Source: Corallochytrium limacisporum Hawaii
Taxonomy: Eukaryota; Protista; Pluriformea
DNA: 64,000 nucleotides
NCBI GenBank assembly: GCA_002811645.1
Contig: PDIP01000032.1
Coordinates: 215,213 to 279,212 of the forward strand
Direction: 5' to 3'
Below, in pieces: positions 29,801 through 42,300 of the stretch. Positions within the stretch are counted from its first letter, which is position 1. The number at the start of each line of letters is the position of its first letter. Position numbers and translations under genes: made by a program. Under the pieces are notes generated by a model. It was not told where the DNA came from. It was given only the letters and a program-made list of their open reading frames with translations, and did not search any database.

Positions 29801-32800
29801 CTATGGTCGCAACGTGGTGTGCCTTGAGCGCTGGGCGTCGTAGTCAAGGTTGCTTCTAGCGCGCTGGAGCATGCGCGTGGCCCTTTCGGAGTAGCTTCGG
29901 GTTGTCGATGCATTGTGGTAGTGGGTGTCCATAAGCACCTCGAAATCCTTGCGCTTGGGCTCGCGACGGGACATGATCCTGGCCGCTTCCTGGGTAAAGT
30001 CCCTACCAAACGGTTCACTGGTTGTCGAGAAAGAATGAAGCCCCGGCCTTTTCATACGCTGCGAGATGGCGGCCTCGAGTCTTTCAACACTCTCCTTGAC
30101 CTGTGGAATCGTTGACTCATTAGCACCCTGTGACGTGACCATTTCGTCCATACAGTGCGCTGTGGTGGTCGATGAAGTTGCGAGAGTATGACGCAGCTCG
30201 AGCATTGTGTCTATCAAATGGTCCTCTTTCTGTGCATGGCGCTTAAGTTCTTGTTCCATCTCAGCAATGCGTTCCTGTTCCTGGGGCGTGAGGAACGAGG
30301 CAACACCCATGGGACCCCCGGCAGTGCTCTGCCAGGGGCCGATCCGGTGCTGCATACTCAATGTCTCATCGAAACGGCGGCGCATGCTGTCCATTTCGCG
30401 GTTTAGAGAGCGTGTAAGTTCATCCAGACGGCGGTGCACTTCGTAGTCCGGCGGCGGCGGGAAATTATGCCCCACACTGACGCTGACAGGGTCCAGAACG
30501 CGCATCCGATGGGAGGATGCCGCGTAGCCTACACTGCGGTTCAGACTGTCCACTTGGTTCTCAAGGTCGTCAACGCGCAGGTGCAACTGGTCATCCTGCT
30601 GTGCCTGTTGAGGCCATAACTGGTGGCTGACGACTCCAGGGTCGTGCTCCCGTAGGGCCGCAACCTCCGCTTCTTTCTCTTTGTACTTATCTTGCAAGTG
30701 GCTGTGTTCACTGCGTAACTCGTGCAGTTCCCTTTGCATGGTTCGCAACGTGTGCTTGACTTGACGAATGGCGTCCGCGTCAATTTCCCGCGGAGACAGC
30801 ATCATACTCTCATGGCTACGCGGCGTGATGTTTTCGACCGGAACCGGGGACGTCGGAGTCTGGCTGCGGCTGCTGGGCCCATCCCGGCGTTGTGCGGATT
30901 GAGCCTCGTCAACCTTGATCCGAAGTTCGGCATTGTGTGCATTGTACGTCTCTACTTCAAGTTTGTACCGCTCGTTCTCCTGCTTCAACATGCTGATAGT
31001 CCGATCACGAGACGTCATCTCCCGCTCAAAGCGCTCCTTGTCACGGACGTCCTCGGCCCTGACACGTTCCAGCTCGCCGGAGACCTCGCGGAGTTGTTTC
31101 TGGGAAGCGGTGTCCAAACGCTGGCTTTCCTTTAAAGCGTCCTCGAGGTCCTGGGTCTTGGCGTCGGTCTCCTGCAATGCTAGGCGGTGCTGCTCCTCTA
31201 GTGCCCTCAAACGATCTTCGTACTCTTCATCTTTCTTGGCCAGGGCTTGCGATAGCTCCCGCTCCCAGTCTTTACGGGTGTCCTTGACGTGTGCATGGAT
31301 GCGAGCTTCGCTGTTGTCCACCACACGCTGCAGCTCAGAGATACGAAACTCTGCATTTTGCAGTGTTTGGTCCCTTTCCTGTAATTCGGCTGTTTGAGCG
31401 ATTTCCATTTGCGTTATCTTCTGCTCGGCGGTGCGCAAATGTAAGCGTAAGGAACCTAGCTCTTCGTTGACGTCCCTTTCTTTGTCCTTGTGAGTGGATA
31501 ATTCCAGTCTCAGCTCGTCTACACGGGCTTCAGCTTTCATCAAATCTTCGGTCAGCCTTTGCACCTCAGTCACACTCTTTGTGCGAGATTTGTCAAGCTC
31601 TGCGACTTCATCTTGGGCATGACGAGCCCTGTCATTCGCAGTCTGCATTTCCATACTATACGAGTGTTGCAAATTCTGCAGTTCTCGCCCATGAGCATCT
31701 TTAAGACTGCTGATCTCGGCCAAGAGTCCGGCGATGCGGTTCTCGTTAGTGGTGGCTGTGTGGCGCAGCTCGTTGAGGCCAGTGTTGTTATTGCGCAATC
31801 TGTGGGCTTCCTCTTTCAGTGCTTCAATTTCGCGGTCCTTGGCGGCTAGCAGTTCGTTCTTGTTCGCAATTTCATTGCTCCGCAAAGTGAGCTCAGAATC
31901 GACTCGCTGCAACTCTCGGGCGTTGTTGTCTTCTACAGTGTTAAGGCGATCAGTGATAGCAAGCATCTCAGTCTCCCGGTTCCTCGCCTGCGTAACAAGT
32001 GCATCCTTTTCCGCCAGTAGTCTATCAGCCTCTGCGCGGGCGGCTTCTGCCTTTTCACGGAGCATGTCAGCGTCTGCCCTCGCCGCTGAGGCCGCATCCA
32101 CCATTGACTTCTCATTAGACATGGACGCATTCTCCAGTTCTCTCTGTTTCATGCGAAGTTGGTCCTGGCTCTCTTTGATCAGCCGGTCCTTGCGTTTCAG
32201 CTTCTCACGCATTTCTCTGAGTTCCGTATCTTTGAGTGATAGTGTCCGCTCAAAGCCCTCGATCTCACTCAAGTGGTTAGCTTTAGTGTCTAATAACTCA
32301 GTCAATTCCTTCTTCATTTGAACCTGAATATCTTTGAGAGACCCTCCTAAGGTTTGTAGCTTCTCATCCTGGCGATACGCAACATCTTCCAGTTGACGAA
32401 TTTCCTGGTCTTGACTTTGAATATGTTGATCACGCATAGAAATCGTCTGTTTGGCGTTGCTCAACTGTTCTTCCAGAGACTGAATCTTTGTTGCATGATC
32501 CAGTCCACCCGCGGAACCCACACGTGGTGAAAGCTTTCTTCCTGCATGTTCCTCAACATCGCTCCGCGGATTGGAAGTTGGGAAAAGGATGGTGGCACCA
32601 CCGGCAGTCTTGAACGATGCATGAGACGGCTCAACAAGCGCTGTATGGACAGGCACATCCGGCTCCATGTCCTCGTCTGCATGAATTAATTCTTCGATAT
32701 CCTTTCGCTCATCAGTCACATTAACATCCCCCTGGAGTTCTTCTTCCTCGTATCCGTGTCTTGTGTGCTGGTCGTCCAGAAGACGAGTTCCACGACCCTC

Positions 32801-34093
32801 TGGGATCGGAGGAGGGGCGCCTGCCTCAAAGGGTTGTTCCACAGGACCCGATAGCGATTTGAACTCCGGCTCCGGAGCTCCCTCAGGTTCCTTATTGTTT
32901 TGTCCTGTCTGGCGGTATCCGACGGATTGTCGCTCTTCCAACCCTAACAGAAGATCCTCTGGAATATCTGCTTTCTTGGCCATCATCCTGTCAATGGAAC
33001 CACCCTCGCTACTGAACGCGATACTTTCCTCGTCATCGTCAATGTTATCAAACTCTCTCTCAATCTCAGCTTCGCTTTCTCGATCACCAGGATTGCTGTA
33101 GAGTAGAGACGCAGAAAGTTGTGACGACAGCTCTTTGCCGCTTCTGGCACGGGACATGCTCGGTGCTACCTGTCCCGGTCCTTTCTGAGAAGCCTTTCGT
33201 CGCAAAAAGCTGGCGCACTCCGTCATGTCGGCTATCATGGCTAGATCATGTGCCTGTTTACCACTGATGTCCCGGTTGTCCAAGGTTGCGCCATGCATGA
33301 TCAGCAAATCACAAATATCCATGCGACCCTGCTGCGCTGCTTTCATCAGTGGAGTCCGATACTGTTGATCGGCAATATTTGGATCAGCTCCGAATTTGAG
33401 CAACTCCGTACACAGATCGACACCCTCGGGTGTGATAGCGGCGTAATGCAAAACACTTTTACTTTCCTGATCCTTGGCGTCCATTTTCAGAGCTGTGTTT
33501 CGTTTCACAGACGCACTCAGAATCAGTTGCATAATCTGCGGTGAGCCCATGTGGACACAGTAGTGCAGTATTGAAGTACCTGTCTTATCCTGGGCATTGA
33601 GATCATCTACTGCAGCCAAGACTCGCACCGTCTCCACATTCCCGGCTGTTATGGCTACCATCAACGGAGTCGCACCGGCGGCGTCTTTGAGCAGGTCGGC
33701 GCCCTGGTCCACAAGAAATTTCACAATGAGATCGTGACCACACCATGCTGCCAAGTGAATTGCACTGAACCGGTCTTGAGAATCCAATTGGTTTATAGTA
33801 GTCGGCTTTGTGTGGGACCTGACTTTTGGTGCGTCTCCCGCTTTGCATGCCCTTTGCAGTTTGGTGAGCTCCTTGTCACGGAACTCCGTGTATAGCACTG
33901 GCGCCAACTGTCCGGCTCCTGATGCCGTTGACACATGAGAAATCGTGTCGTCTGGGCAAGATGAACCCGAGACGATAGAGCCAGCTCTCTGAGATTTTCG
34001 ACGGGACCGTCGCAAACTGCTCCTTAAAGATTTCATCGTCTTGAACGACAATAACTTCGACGTGTGGCAAATCTGGGTCTTATCTGTGTGCAT
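29801..34093 (-). CDS. Ankyrin-repeat + long coiled-coil protein, ANKRD26-like
   Basis: About 6 N-terminal ankyrin repeats (SAIHLAA, TPLMVAI, SILHY, SVLHYAA, TPLMKAA); RDKELTKLQRACKAG resembles the ANKRD26/ANKRD7 first repeat; long heptad region. Alternative ATG at 34036. Confidence 0.85.
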   Translation of the reverse strand: MHTDKTQICHTSKLLSFKTMKSLRSSLRRSRRKSQRAGSIVSGSSCPDDTISHVSTASGAGQLAPVLYTEFRDKELTKLQRACKAGDAPKVRSHTKPTTINQLDSQDRFSAIHLAAWCGHDLIVKFLVDQGADLLKDAAGATPLMVAITAGNVETVRVLAAVDDLNAQDKTGTSILHYCVHMGSPQIMQLILSASVKRNTALKMDAKDQESKSVLHYAAITPEGVDLCTELLKFGADPNIADQQYRTPLMKAAQQGRMDICDLLIMHGATLDNRDISGKQAHDLAMIADMTECASFLRRKASQKGPGQVAPSMSRARSGKELSSQLSASLLYSNPGDRESEAEIEREFDNIDDDEESIAFSSEGGSIDRMMAKKADIPEDLLLGLEERQSVGYRQTGQNNKEPEGAPEPEFKSLSGPVEQPFEAGAPPPIPEGRGTRLLDDQHTRHGYEEEELQGDVNVTDERKDIEELIHADEDMEPDVPVHTALVEPSHASFKTAGGATILFPTSNPRSDVEEHAGRKLSPRVGSAGGLDHATKIQSLEEQLSNAKQTISMRDQHIQSQDQEIRQLEDVAYRQDEKLQTLGGSLKDIQVQMKKELTELLDTKANHLSEIEGFERTLSLKDTELREMREKLKRKDRLIKESQDQLRMKQRELENASMSNEKSMVDAASAARADADMLREKAEAARAEADRLLAEKDALVTQARNRETEMLAITDRLNTVEDNNARELQRVDSELTLRSNEIANKNELLAAKDREIEALKEEAHRLRNNNTGLNELRHTATTNENRIAGLLAEISSLKDAHGRELQNLQHSYSMEMQTANDRARHAQDEVAELDKSRTKSVTEVQRLTEDLMKAEARVDELRLELSTHKDKERDVNEELGSLRLHLRTAEQKITQMEIAQTAELQERDQTLQNAEFRISELQRVVDNSEARIHAHVKDTRKDWERELSQALAKKDEEYEDRLRALEEQHRLALQETDAKTQDLEDALKESQRLDTASQKQLREVSGELERVRAEDVRDKERFEREMTSRDRTISMLKQENERYKLEVETYNAHNAELRIKVDEAQSAQRRDGPSSRSQTPTSPVPVENITPRSHESMMLSPREIDADAIRQVKHTLRTMQRELHELRSEHSHLQDKYKEKEAEVAALREHDPGVVSHQLWPQQAQQDDQLHLRVDDLENQVDSLNRSVGYAASSHRMRVLDPVSVSVGHNFPPPPDYEVHRRLDELTRSLNREMDSMRRRFDETLSMQHRIGPWQSTAGGPMGVASFLTPQEQERIAEMEQELKRHAQKEDHLIDTMLELRHTLATSSTTTAHCMDEMVTSQGANESTIPQVKESVERLEAAISQRMKRPGLHSFSTTSEPFGRDFTQEAARIMSRREPKRKDFEVLMDTHYHNASTTRSYSERATRMLQRARSNLDYDAQRSRHTTLRP

Positions 34094-34279
34094 AGACCAT
34101 GGTTGTTACCGAAATGTAGTTTCTGTGTGTTTTTTGTGCAACAATCCCATGAGATATTGCAGTCTCACGTGTACGACATGGTACGATGTCTTTGTAGAAG
34201 TACTTACACAGCACCGAACTGAATGTCACTCCCAACGCTTGGCAAATAAGTCCTCCCTCGCCTTCCCTCTGCCCCCTGA

Positions 34280-34608
34280 GGTCCTTTTTGGCGGGACTTC
34301 TTGGTTGCCGGCAATGGAGGAAGTCTTTCATTTTCGAATCTCTCTGCGCAGTTCATAAAAAAATTGCAACCCATCCAGTACGGGTTAAAATCAGGAGTCT
34401 CTTTGGGCGGCGACCCACCCCTGCGGCGGGTCCGGGAACCAAGGGACTCCGCCTTCCGTTTCTCGCCCCGGGGCGGACTGCTTCCACCCAGTCGCAGAGG
34501 CCCAGGCGAGTAAAGACCCCTCCCATATTCACTATTGGCAGGGTTGGGGGCCGATTTCACACTGCAGGCTCGCGGTGTTCGCACCCTGTGTGGTCCATTT
34601 TGGCGGGA
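34280..34608. promoter_or_regulatory. Two E2F-like sites in the bidirectional ANKRD26-like/HAUS2 promoter
   Basis: ggtcctttttggcggga (34280-34296) and ggtccattttggcggga (34592-34608), 16/17 identical, both containing TTTTGGCGGGA. Confidence 0.45.
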
Positions 34609-34777
34609 AGCCTTCTGAAACCCTGGAGGGGGAGGGGGGAGGCTTTGGGTTCGGGACGTGATGTTTGACTGTGGCGTCGTACTTGAAAGCAGAGGCAGGA
34701 TGCGCACGATGACAACTGCAATTGTACTACACTTCGGATATTTTCTGGTTTCGTTATTATCCGAACACAATCAGATA

Positions 34778-35455
34778 ATGTCAGTGATCAGTCCACCACT
34801 GGGCAATCCTTGGCAAGAGGCCGGCAACGGGGCAGTGATCCCACCATATGTTCGCATCGGAAATGCCAACAAGCTCTTGAACTTGTGCAAAGAATTGTAT
34901 CAAGATGATATGTTACAAGGGAAGCAAGTAAATCCCGCGGGTGAACAGATCGTTATATCTACACAAGCCCAGGAGGAGTGTATGGAGCTTCAAAACACTT
35001 TGGATCATCTGCAGACGCTTGGAAAGCATGAAGTACACAAGTGTGAAGTCAGATCGACCAGAATCTATGGCCCGGTGCTCAATGAGAAGCTAGTGAACGA
35101 CCGTATCGAACTGCTTGCTGCTCTCTGCCAGGACCTGGAGCGTCTCGATCAAACTCAGTCGAAGTTGCGGGAATTGCTTCAGTGGTCTACAACTGCCAAA
35201 GACTCAATACCAATGCACCGGGACCTGCATAAGGCCTTCCTCGACTTCATGATCGAAGCACGGCAGAGCATCGAATCATTCCCAGAGACCCAGCGTAGAA
35301 TGGACTCAGCAGAGACCACACTCACCTCCTGCACTGTGCGGGAGACGTATGCGAACCTCGCAGTCATTGAACAGTTGCAGCGGGCTCTGAAGGGACAGTT
35401 GCTCCTGCTTCAGCGCAAGCGTGAGATTTTGCAACAGTTTGGAACGTGTAGATAG
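34778..35455 (+). CDS. HAUS2: Augmin/HAUS complex subunit 2-like coiled-coil protein
   Basis: N-terminal NPW motif, and LRELLQW...SIPMHRDLHKAFLDF resembles HAUS2 LRQRLLKP...LPIEAVYHRYMVHL. Upstream in-frame ATGs also exist. Confidence 0.65.
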   Translation: MSVISPPLGNPWQEAGNGAVIPPYVRIGNANKLLNLCKELYQDDMLQGKQVNPAGEQIVISTQAQEECMELQNTLDHLQTLGKHEVHKCEVRSTRIYGPVLNEKLVNDRIELLAALCQDLERLDQTQSKLRELLQWSTTAKDSIPMHRDLHKAFLDFMIEARQSIESFPETQRRMDSAETTLTSCTVRETYANLAVIEQLQRALKGQLLLLQRKREILQQFGTCR

Positions 35456-35511
35456 AATTCATGAGTTAAAGAACCATTAAACAATACTTGCAAAGTCTTA
35501 TTGATTATAAT

Positions 35512-36129
35512 TTACATGCGTTGCGACCCGCTGCAAGCTGGGTTATGCTCGCGTAGAGCCAAACTCAGCACTGCGCCCCTGGCCCTCGCAATTGCTTCCT
35601 CAGAGTACCCCCCAACAAGCCTCGCTGCGGCCAGGCACTCCGCCGCGTCTCTTCCGTCTCTCTTTTGGTAGCGATGTTTACATAACGCTGGGTCATGGAT
35701 ACCGAGTTCTCTTCGACTCTCTCCACAGATTCGCCGGAGGGTAAATAGACAGTCCAACAGATCTTCCATCTGCAACACCGCACTCTTTGCAGCCTCGATG
35801 AATGCAGATGGAGGTAGCTTTGGAACGTTACTGCTCCCATTCCATAGCTGTTGCCACTCTTCTTCCGCCAGCTCAGCAAAGATGTCCACCAAAACTGCGT
35901 AGGTACAGTCGTCTGCTGTGGGATCTGTCAGTCCCATTAGTTTCTCCATATTGCCCTTTGAAAATAATTCACCATTCGCGGGCCACCCCAGGTTAGCTAG
36001 TTCTTCATTTAATGTCGCTTTCTCTTCTTCTCCAGTGACGAGCGCCAGAAGGTCGTTCACCTCATCCTCAGTGATACCCCGAGACCGGTCTTCCGCCTCT
36101 GACCCACTCTGGGCCTTTCTGGGTGCCAT
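35512..36129 (-). CDS. Hypothetical acidic helical protein (~205 aa), possibly a degenerate EF-hand
   Basis: ATG in aaaATGg context; protein-like composition; converges with HAUS2 across an AT-rich 56-nt spacer. Confidence 0.65.
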   Translation of the reverse strand: MAPRKAQSGSEAEDRSRGITEDEVNDLLALVTGEEEKATLNEELANLGWPANGELFSKGNMEKLMGLTDPTADDCTYAVLVDIFAELAEEEWQQLWNGSSNVPKLPPSAFIEAAKSAVLQMEDLLDCLFTLRRICGESRRELGIHDPALCKHRYQKRDGRDAAECLAAARLVGGYSEEAIARARGAVLSLALREHNPACSGSQRM

Positions 36130-36374
36130 TTTATATTCGTTCTTCGACACCCAACCAGCCGATGGTTTCCATTCAAACACAAGAGAGATTCCTATTACAG
36201 TTTCTAGTAAGCGTCGTTATGCAGGTCACAGATTCGAGTATAAGGACTATAAATAACTTCAATTGTGCTAGACCCGCATAAGGCTGCGGGCACTTACATA
36301 TTCTACACTTTCTACGCAGGCGGGAAACGAGAGGGGTATCAAGTGCCCGCCTACGAATCCCCCCCTTCAACCCT

Positions 36375-39300
36375 CTACCCGGCATTTGCCAAAGCGGGAG
36401 ACACCTTGCGCGTCTTGAGCAAATTGTGCGGCGTGCCGCATTTGGCATTGATGTTGGTGATCACCAAGTTTCGACCTTCTCGATCTGTACCGTAGGTGAG
36501 GAAAAGGCAGGTACGGCAGCGATGCATGATCCAGCCGTTGTTGGTGGGCGGGAGGATCTCCTGGAAAGTATCGTCTCGAATCTCGAGCTCATCGTCGTCG
36601 ACTTCAAGCCATTCCACTTGGTCGGTATCGTAGCCATACATGTTGGACATAACGTTCAGGAAGTTCAGGCAATTACCGTACGCGCACACGTGTAGGACAC
36701 GCTCACCCATGGAGTTGCGTCGGTAGTAAGGGCAACGACAAGCAAACACATTGATCTTCACCTCGGCATCTACGTACATCACACAGTTGCCACACAGGCA
36801 CTGGTAAATATTCTTGCGCAAATTTTCCTGTCGGAAATTCTGTTCCTCCAGCGCCCACGTCTGTGCGTCAGCCATGGCCTTGGTGGAGTCGGTGATCAGT
36901 GACGTGCATCTCTGAATGTGCAGCATTGCTGTGTAAATATTCCATGAGTATCGACGTACCAGGTAAGCTAGACATAGGGATATTCCGGGACCTTCTTCTG
37001 TGTCAAAGATTACAACCTTGCCGCCTTGATTGATAGCCCCGGTTAGGTAGGTCATGCCAATCTCAATAAAGTCCTTGGGTAGTGGGGACGCTGGCTTCAC
37101 AAAGCCTCCTCCGAAGAGCAGTGTGGATGCCGGTGTCCGTCCCAACAGGACGTCATTGTCGTCCTCTTCGTCGCCGTCGGCAAAGTCACCTATGTCAAAG
37201 ACATGGAACTGACGGCTCAGATCAATACGACTATCGCCGTAAAGATCGAGGACGTGGGTAATGCCAAAGGACTTCATCTCCTGCTGCCATTCAATCATGT
37301 CACTGTCATTATCAATGAAGTAGAAGTAGCGCGTGATGAACAGACCAGAAGTTATGTCATCAATATGCTCCGGATGTATAGGTGCATCGCTCTTGACACA
37401 ATCTGTCACCGTCACGCCCCACTGTTGGTTGACACTATTGAAGACTTCACATTTGGGCAAAGTCTCGGGAGCTGAGCTGAACACATTCTTCAACTGGCCT
37501 GTTTTGAGATTGAACTCATCATGTGTCCGAGTGAACCTTGCTTGAATATCGCGATTTTCACCTCGTAGCCACTTGTCATCGGCCACAATGATGTCCCTGC
37601 GCCTAATGGGACGCTCGAATTGGGGGAATACGTAGGTGAACAGCCTACGGAAGTCCTCAATGACCATCATGATGTCCGGCCGCTTCTTCGGATCACGGAT
37701 CAAGTTCTTCTTCAGGAAGCGCAGAATGTAACGGCTGGCGTTTTCGCTGATCTTCAGTCCTTCCGGGGCTTCCGGACCTTGCTTACAAAGGTGCATGATC
37801 CTGAGTCCACGCTCTCGTGTGATTAGTTCCTCACCTTCCGAAGTTACTCGCAGGAAGAATCGAATCCAGTCGTGATCCAAAAACAAAAACTGTCCAACTA
37901 GCAGCTCATAGAATAGGCATACGACGCTCCACACATCGGAAGCCTTGTCAGCTCCCTGGGGACCATTTGTGCTGTCTCCGTCTTTGTCTTGTTTGGCCAC
38001 CGTGGCAATGTTCAACATTTCTGGAGATTTGATAAAATCGGTGCCGCGATTGTCCATTGTGTAGCCCTCAGCATCCAAACCGTACTTGACTGCCTCGCCA
38101 AAATCGGCCAGAGCGATAGAAATCAAGGTGCTCTCACCAACGCTGCCCGCAGCATTGATCTCGCTGATGTCTTCTGGAATCTCGTACAACAGAACATTAT
38201 CACATTTGATGTCATAGTGATTCACCCTTGAGAAGCTCAGGAAGCCAACAGCGTCTAGGACAGCTTCATAAATCAAGAAATAGGATAGCATCATCTCCCT
38301 AAAGGGACGCTGTTGCTGTTCACGCCATGCACGGAGTGACTTCTTCATGAAATTCATGACAATCATAATATGCCCATTAGCCAATCCAAAATCGTACAAG
38401 TGGGTGACTCGTGGATTGTATGCCAAGCTTTCGAGGATGTTGATCTCATTGTAAGCGTCAGCAAACACACAACGGTCCTGAATATGTTTCGGAATCTCCA
38501 GGCGTTTGTTCGCGACAAAGTCCGAGGATGCCCACGCGTCATCGGATATGCGAGCCATGCGACTGAGGAAAACCGTTCCGTAAGCACCAGTAGCCAGTTG
38601 AATCGACTCCACGAGCATATCCGGGCAGAAACAGTTCTCAAGGAGCAGCCTCACGTACCGGTTGTGCCCGGGATTGAGGTTCTGTTTCACTCGTTGGTAG
38701 ATGCGATGACTCAGTTCCGCATTCTTCGGGTGATTCAAATGTTTGTATAGAATGAATGGTGCATTCGGCTTCTGCTTCTCCAACGGGTACGTGTCCGAAT
38801 AGTTCGGATCCAGGGTCTCATCCTGACGCACCAAAAGCGCCAAAGTCAAAACCACCATAGATATCTGGAGCTCCTCGTTACTGTACAGTTTTCGGTTTTC
38901 CCGTTCAGTAAGGTACAAGGTTCTGGGATCCTTCACGTAGTATGTGATGGGGTCGTCCATGTCCCCATGGCACATACCAAAATGTAACATTGCAGCACTC
39001 TGGAATGGTCGTTTCGCTGGCTTATCAAGGACCAACTGGAACTTTGGGTTGTTGACATCAATACGCCGCTCGAGATAGCCAAGCTCTGTTGGCTGTTGGA
39101 CCGATCCATCGAGGCCCTCACCAAGTCCAGAGGTTCCCAGCATGGCTGAAGCATCAAAACTGTACCGGCTGTCATCAAAGTATTGTGACTCAACAAACGA
39201 GCTTACACTCCGCACCATGCTGATCCGCATAGGCCTTCCGCCACTCATGCGCAAATTACTGGTCCGACGGAAGGAATTCGATGCCAAAAAGGGGGCATCA

Positions 39301-42300
39301 AAATCTTGAGAGTCATTAGAAAGGATCGATGCAGACATACGGTTCGCATTGCGACTACTATCAGTAACTAGCGACGCCAGTCCTCGCCCGCGTCTGGGAT
39401 CATGGAAAGAACGACGCTTGCCGGGCGAAGTTTCCTCACCTGCTTTGACCTCGCTCACGGCACTATCCGCGCGCGACAAACGCAAGGGAGGAATATTACC
39501 GCCAGTCCCACTAAGGCTGTTGCGGAAGCCAGTCACTGGCTGAGACTCAGTCAGGTAATCCGCATCACTCATAGTATGCTGGAAAGTGTTAGTCTTCAGC
39601 TTCAGACTGCGGGTAGGAGAGAACGATCCAGTGTTGAAGGAGGTGCTTGCGACGTCCCGCACTCCCCGTAACTCACCGCCTTCACTGTTCACCGTAAACG
39701 TACGGGAGAATACATTGTTCTCACCAACGGAAATGGCTGAGTTGCGACGCACCGGGTCCTCTCCCACACCGACAAATAGATCCGGGTGATCTTGCTGCAG
39801 CGAAGCCATGGTGATGTCAGCCTCGTCTTCGTCTTCGTCTGAGGAACTGCTAGCGTAGATCCCGGAGCGCGGGAGGGCCATTGGTGCAGCCCGAGTGAAC
39901 TCACTGTTGAAACTGAAGCCGGTCGGCTTTTCGTCAATGCCACTGTCCTCGATTGAGCAGCTGTTTCGATGGCTGCGAGCACCATTTCTGAACGGTGTAC
40001 CGAGACCAAAGTCGGCCTGTCCTCTGTCATCGGCGTCCACTGTGTAGGATCGGACTAGTGGAGCACCACGCGTGACACTGCGATCTCTTTCCTTATCAGC
40101 GAGGCCACCAAGTCGCAAGGGAGGCGCTTTCATCGGCATACTCTGAAGCCGATTGAATGCCAATGGAGGAAGCTTGCTGGATTCCATCTGAGTATCCATT
40201 GATCCCTGTCGCAGAGGCGGAAGATTGGGCAGCCCACTGCCAACAGTTTTCGGACTCTGTCTGTGAACTTGATTACGTGGGCTTCGGCTCAAGTACCGGG
40301 GGCTTCTCGACCTAGCTGGGCTAAGAGAGCGTCTAGGACTACCACCCATACTTCGGGGGGATTGGGTACCTACCTCAAAGATTGTGCTATTGATAGCCCG
40401 GTCGTCGTTGATACTTGACCGAGGTGAAACGCCACGCAAAGGCAGTCCCGATAGTGGCGGCACGAACCCTCCACTCCGGCCTTCTCCTCCGTCATCAATT
40501 TCTGGTAGAGACTCTTCCCCACTGACTGTCAGTAGCCCAGACTCTGAAGCACGATCCAGTTTGGGCGACAAGTCTGACGGCCTACGATCGAGGTCCGGTA
40601 CGCTCGTTTCAAATTCTGGGGTCTCCTGCGCGAAGACAAATTCTGTGCCCTCTTTGATATCGTCGAATTGTGGATGCATCGCAAAGGCAGTACCTTCGGG
40701 AGCAAGGGACATGAGATCGTCCTCTGGACCATCGTCCTCAAGGGCGGTAATGGTCTCCAGATTCAGCTCATCAGTAAGGAAGCGGACAATACCAAGCTGG
40801 AAGAACTTGCTCTCAATCCAACTCCGGCGACAATTGTCGGTCGTCTTAGGCGTCTGCTCTGCAATGAGATCCTCAAGTTTGGACGGTTTGAGACTTACCT
40901 TAGCCTTTGCTTCGTTTGCCATAGCATTGGCACCCGTGACACCGTCTCGATTCAGACATTTCTTGCAGCGGCAGATGCAAGTAGCAAAGGAGATCAGGAC
41001 TCGCAAATGTGCAACGCAAAGCCGGTAACAATCTTCAGTCCAGCTGTCACTATGGTACAGCTTCACAAAGTTGACATAGTGGAAGGTGATGTACGCATCA
41101 ACATAATTCGAAGTCTCCATGAAAGGTGAGTTCGGAATGCGAGCCACAGCGGCCATGAAGTTCAGGATCGACAGCTGAAGATCCAATGACAGAGGCGGGC
41201 CATCACCAAGACCGCTGCGGCTCCGATCTGCTCCGGCTGTAGTTGGCCGTCGAGACTGTTCATGGCTAACCGCCGATCTTTCCAATAGTTCCAAAAACAA
41301 GCCTTTTGATGGGTTCAGCAGAAACTGGAGCCGCTGTAAAATCGAAAGCATATCTTGCGAAGGAACCACTGGCTGTCGCGCCATGTTCTTCTCATTGAAT
41401 GCGCTTTCGGGATCGTAACCGCTGCTGAAACGACCGAGACCGGACCAGCAGTACGGCGCCTGATAAGTCACTGCGTCTGCTTTTCCGTATGTGACCACTG
41501 ACGCCATGCAGCATAGAAAATCCAGCAGCGCAAGCCTCATACCCTTTAGAACCTCCTTGGAGCAAAATATGGCCATGAGCGACGACTTAAAGAGCACATT
41601 TGTGTAGCTCTCAAACACCTCGAAGGAGTCGGCAGCATCCAAGCAGATCTTAGTCAGGTGTACATCCAGCTCTGGTTTCTTCGAATATCTCATCAGCGCG
41701 GTAAAGTACCTAAGAATTGCATCATACAAATGAATGTGCTTCAATGTACGATAGCGATAGACAATCTCCATGGATGCGTCGAGAATCATACGACCTGGAG
41801 TGGAAATGAGTACCTTATCCCGGATCTTGACAACACTGAGCAATGTGCTTTGGATTACCATGTCAGTGACGAAAGCGCTTGAACAGGCGGAAATGTACTC
41901 TGTGAGCATCTGAACAGCACAGACAAGATTGGACACGATGTACGTCTCCATTTTCACATCGAACGCGTTCTCGTCATAGAACTTTGCAAGAAATTGGAGA
42001 CTGTGTACCAAGCGCCAGAGGAATGCATCCGCTTTCTGTTTCTGCTTCTCGATTGCGAAAGCACTCGAGCTCGAGTGTTGCGCAAGATCGATCTGGGAAT
42101 TCTCCAAAGGGACTGCAAGAGTGCGGAGGATACGGTAAAACTCACGCTTCATCGGCTTTGTCCAGTATGCTTGTTGATGGGCAAACGAATCTTCAATCAG
42201 CAAATGTTTCAGTTCAGAGAACGCAAGATTGCCAATTGCACGGCTGTGTAGGAGCAATTGTTCGTTGTTGCGTACATAAAGCAATGCTCCAATCATACGT

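Noticed and set aside
22693-36298. GTAAGT donor-like hexamers upstream of several minus-strand genes
   Set aside because: Count is compatible with chance; no matching branch point or acceptor found.
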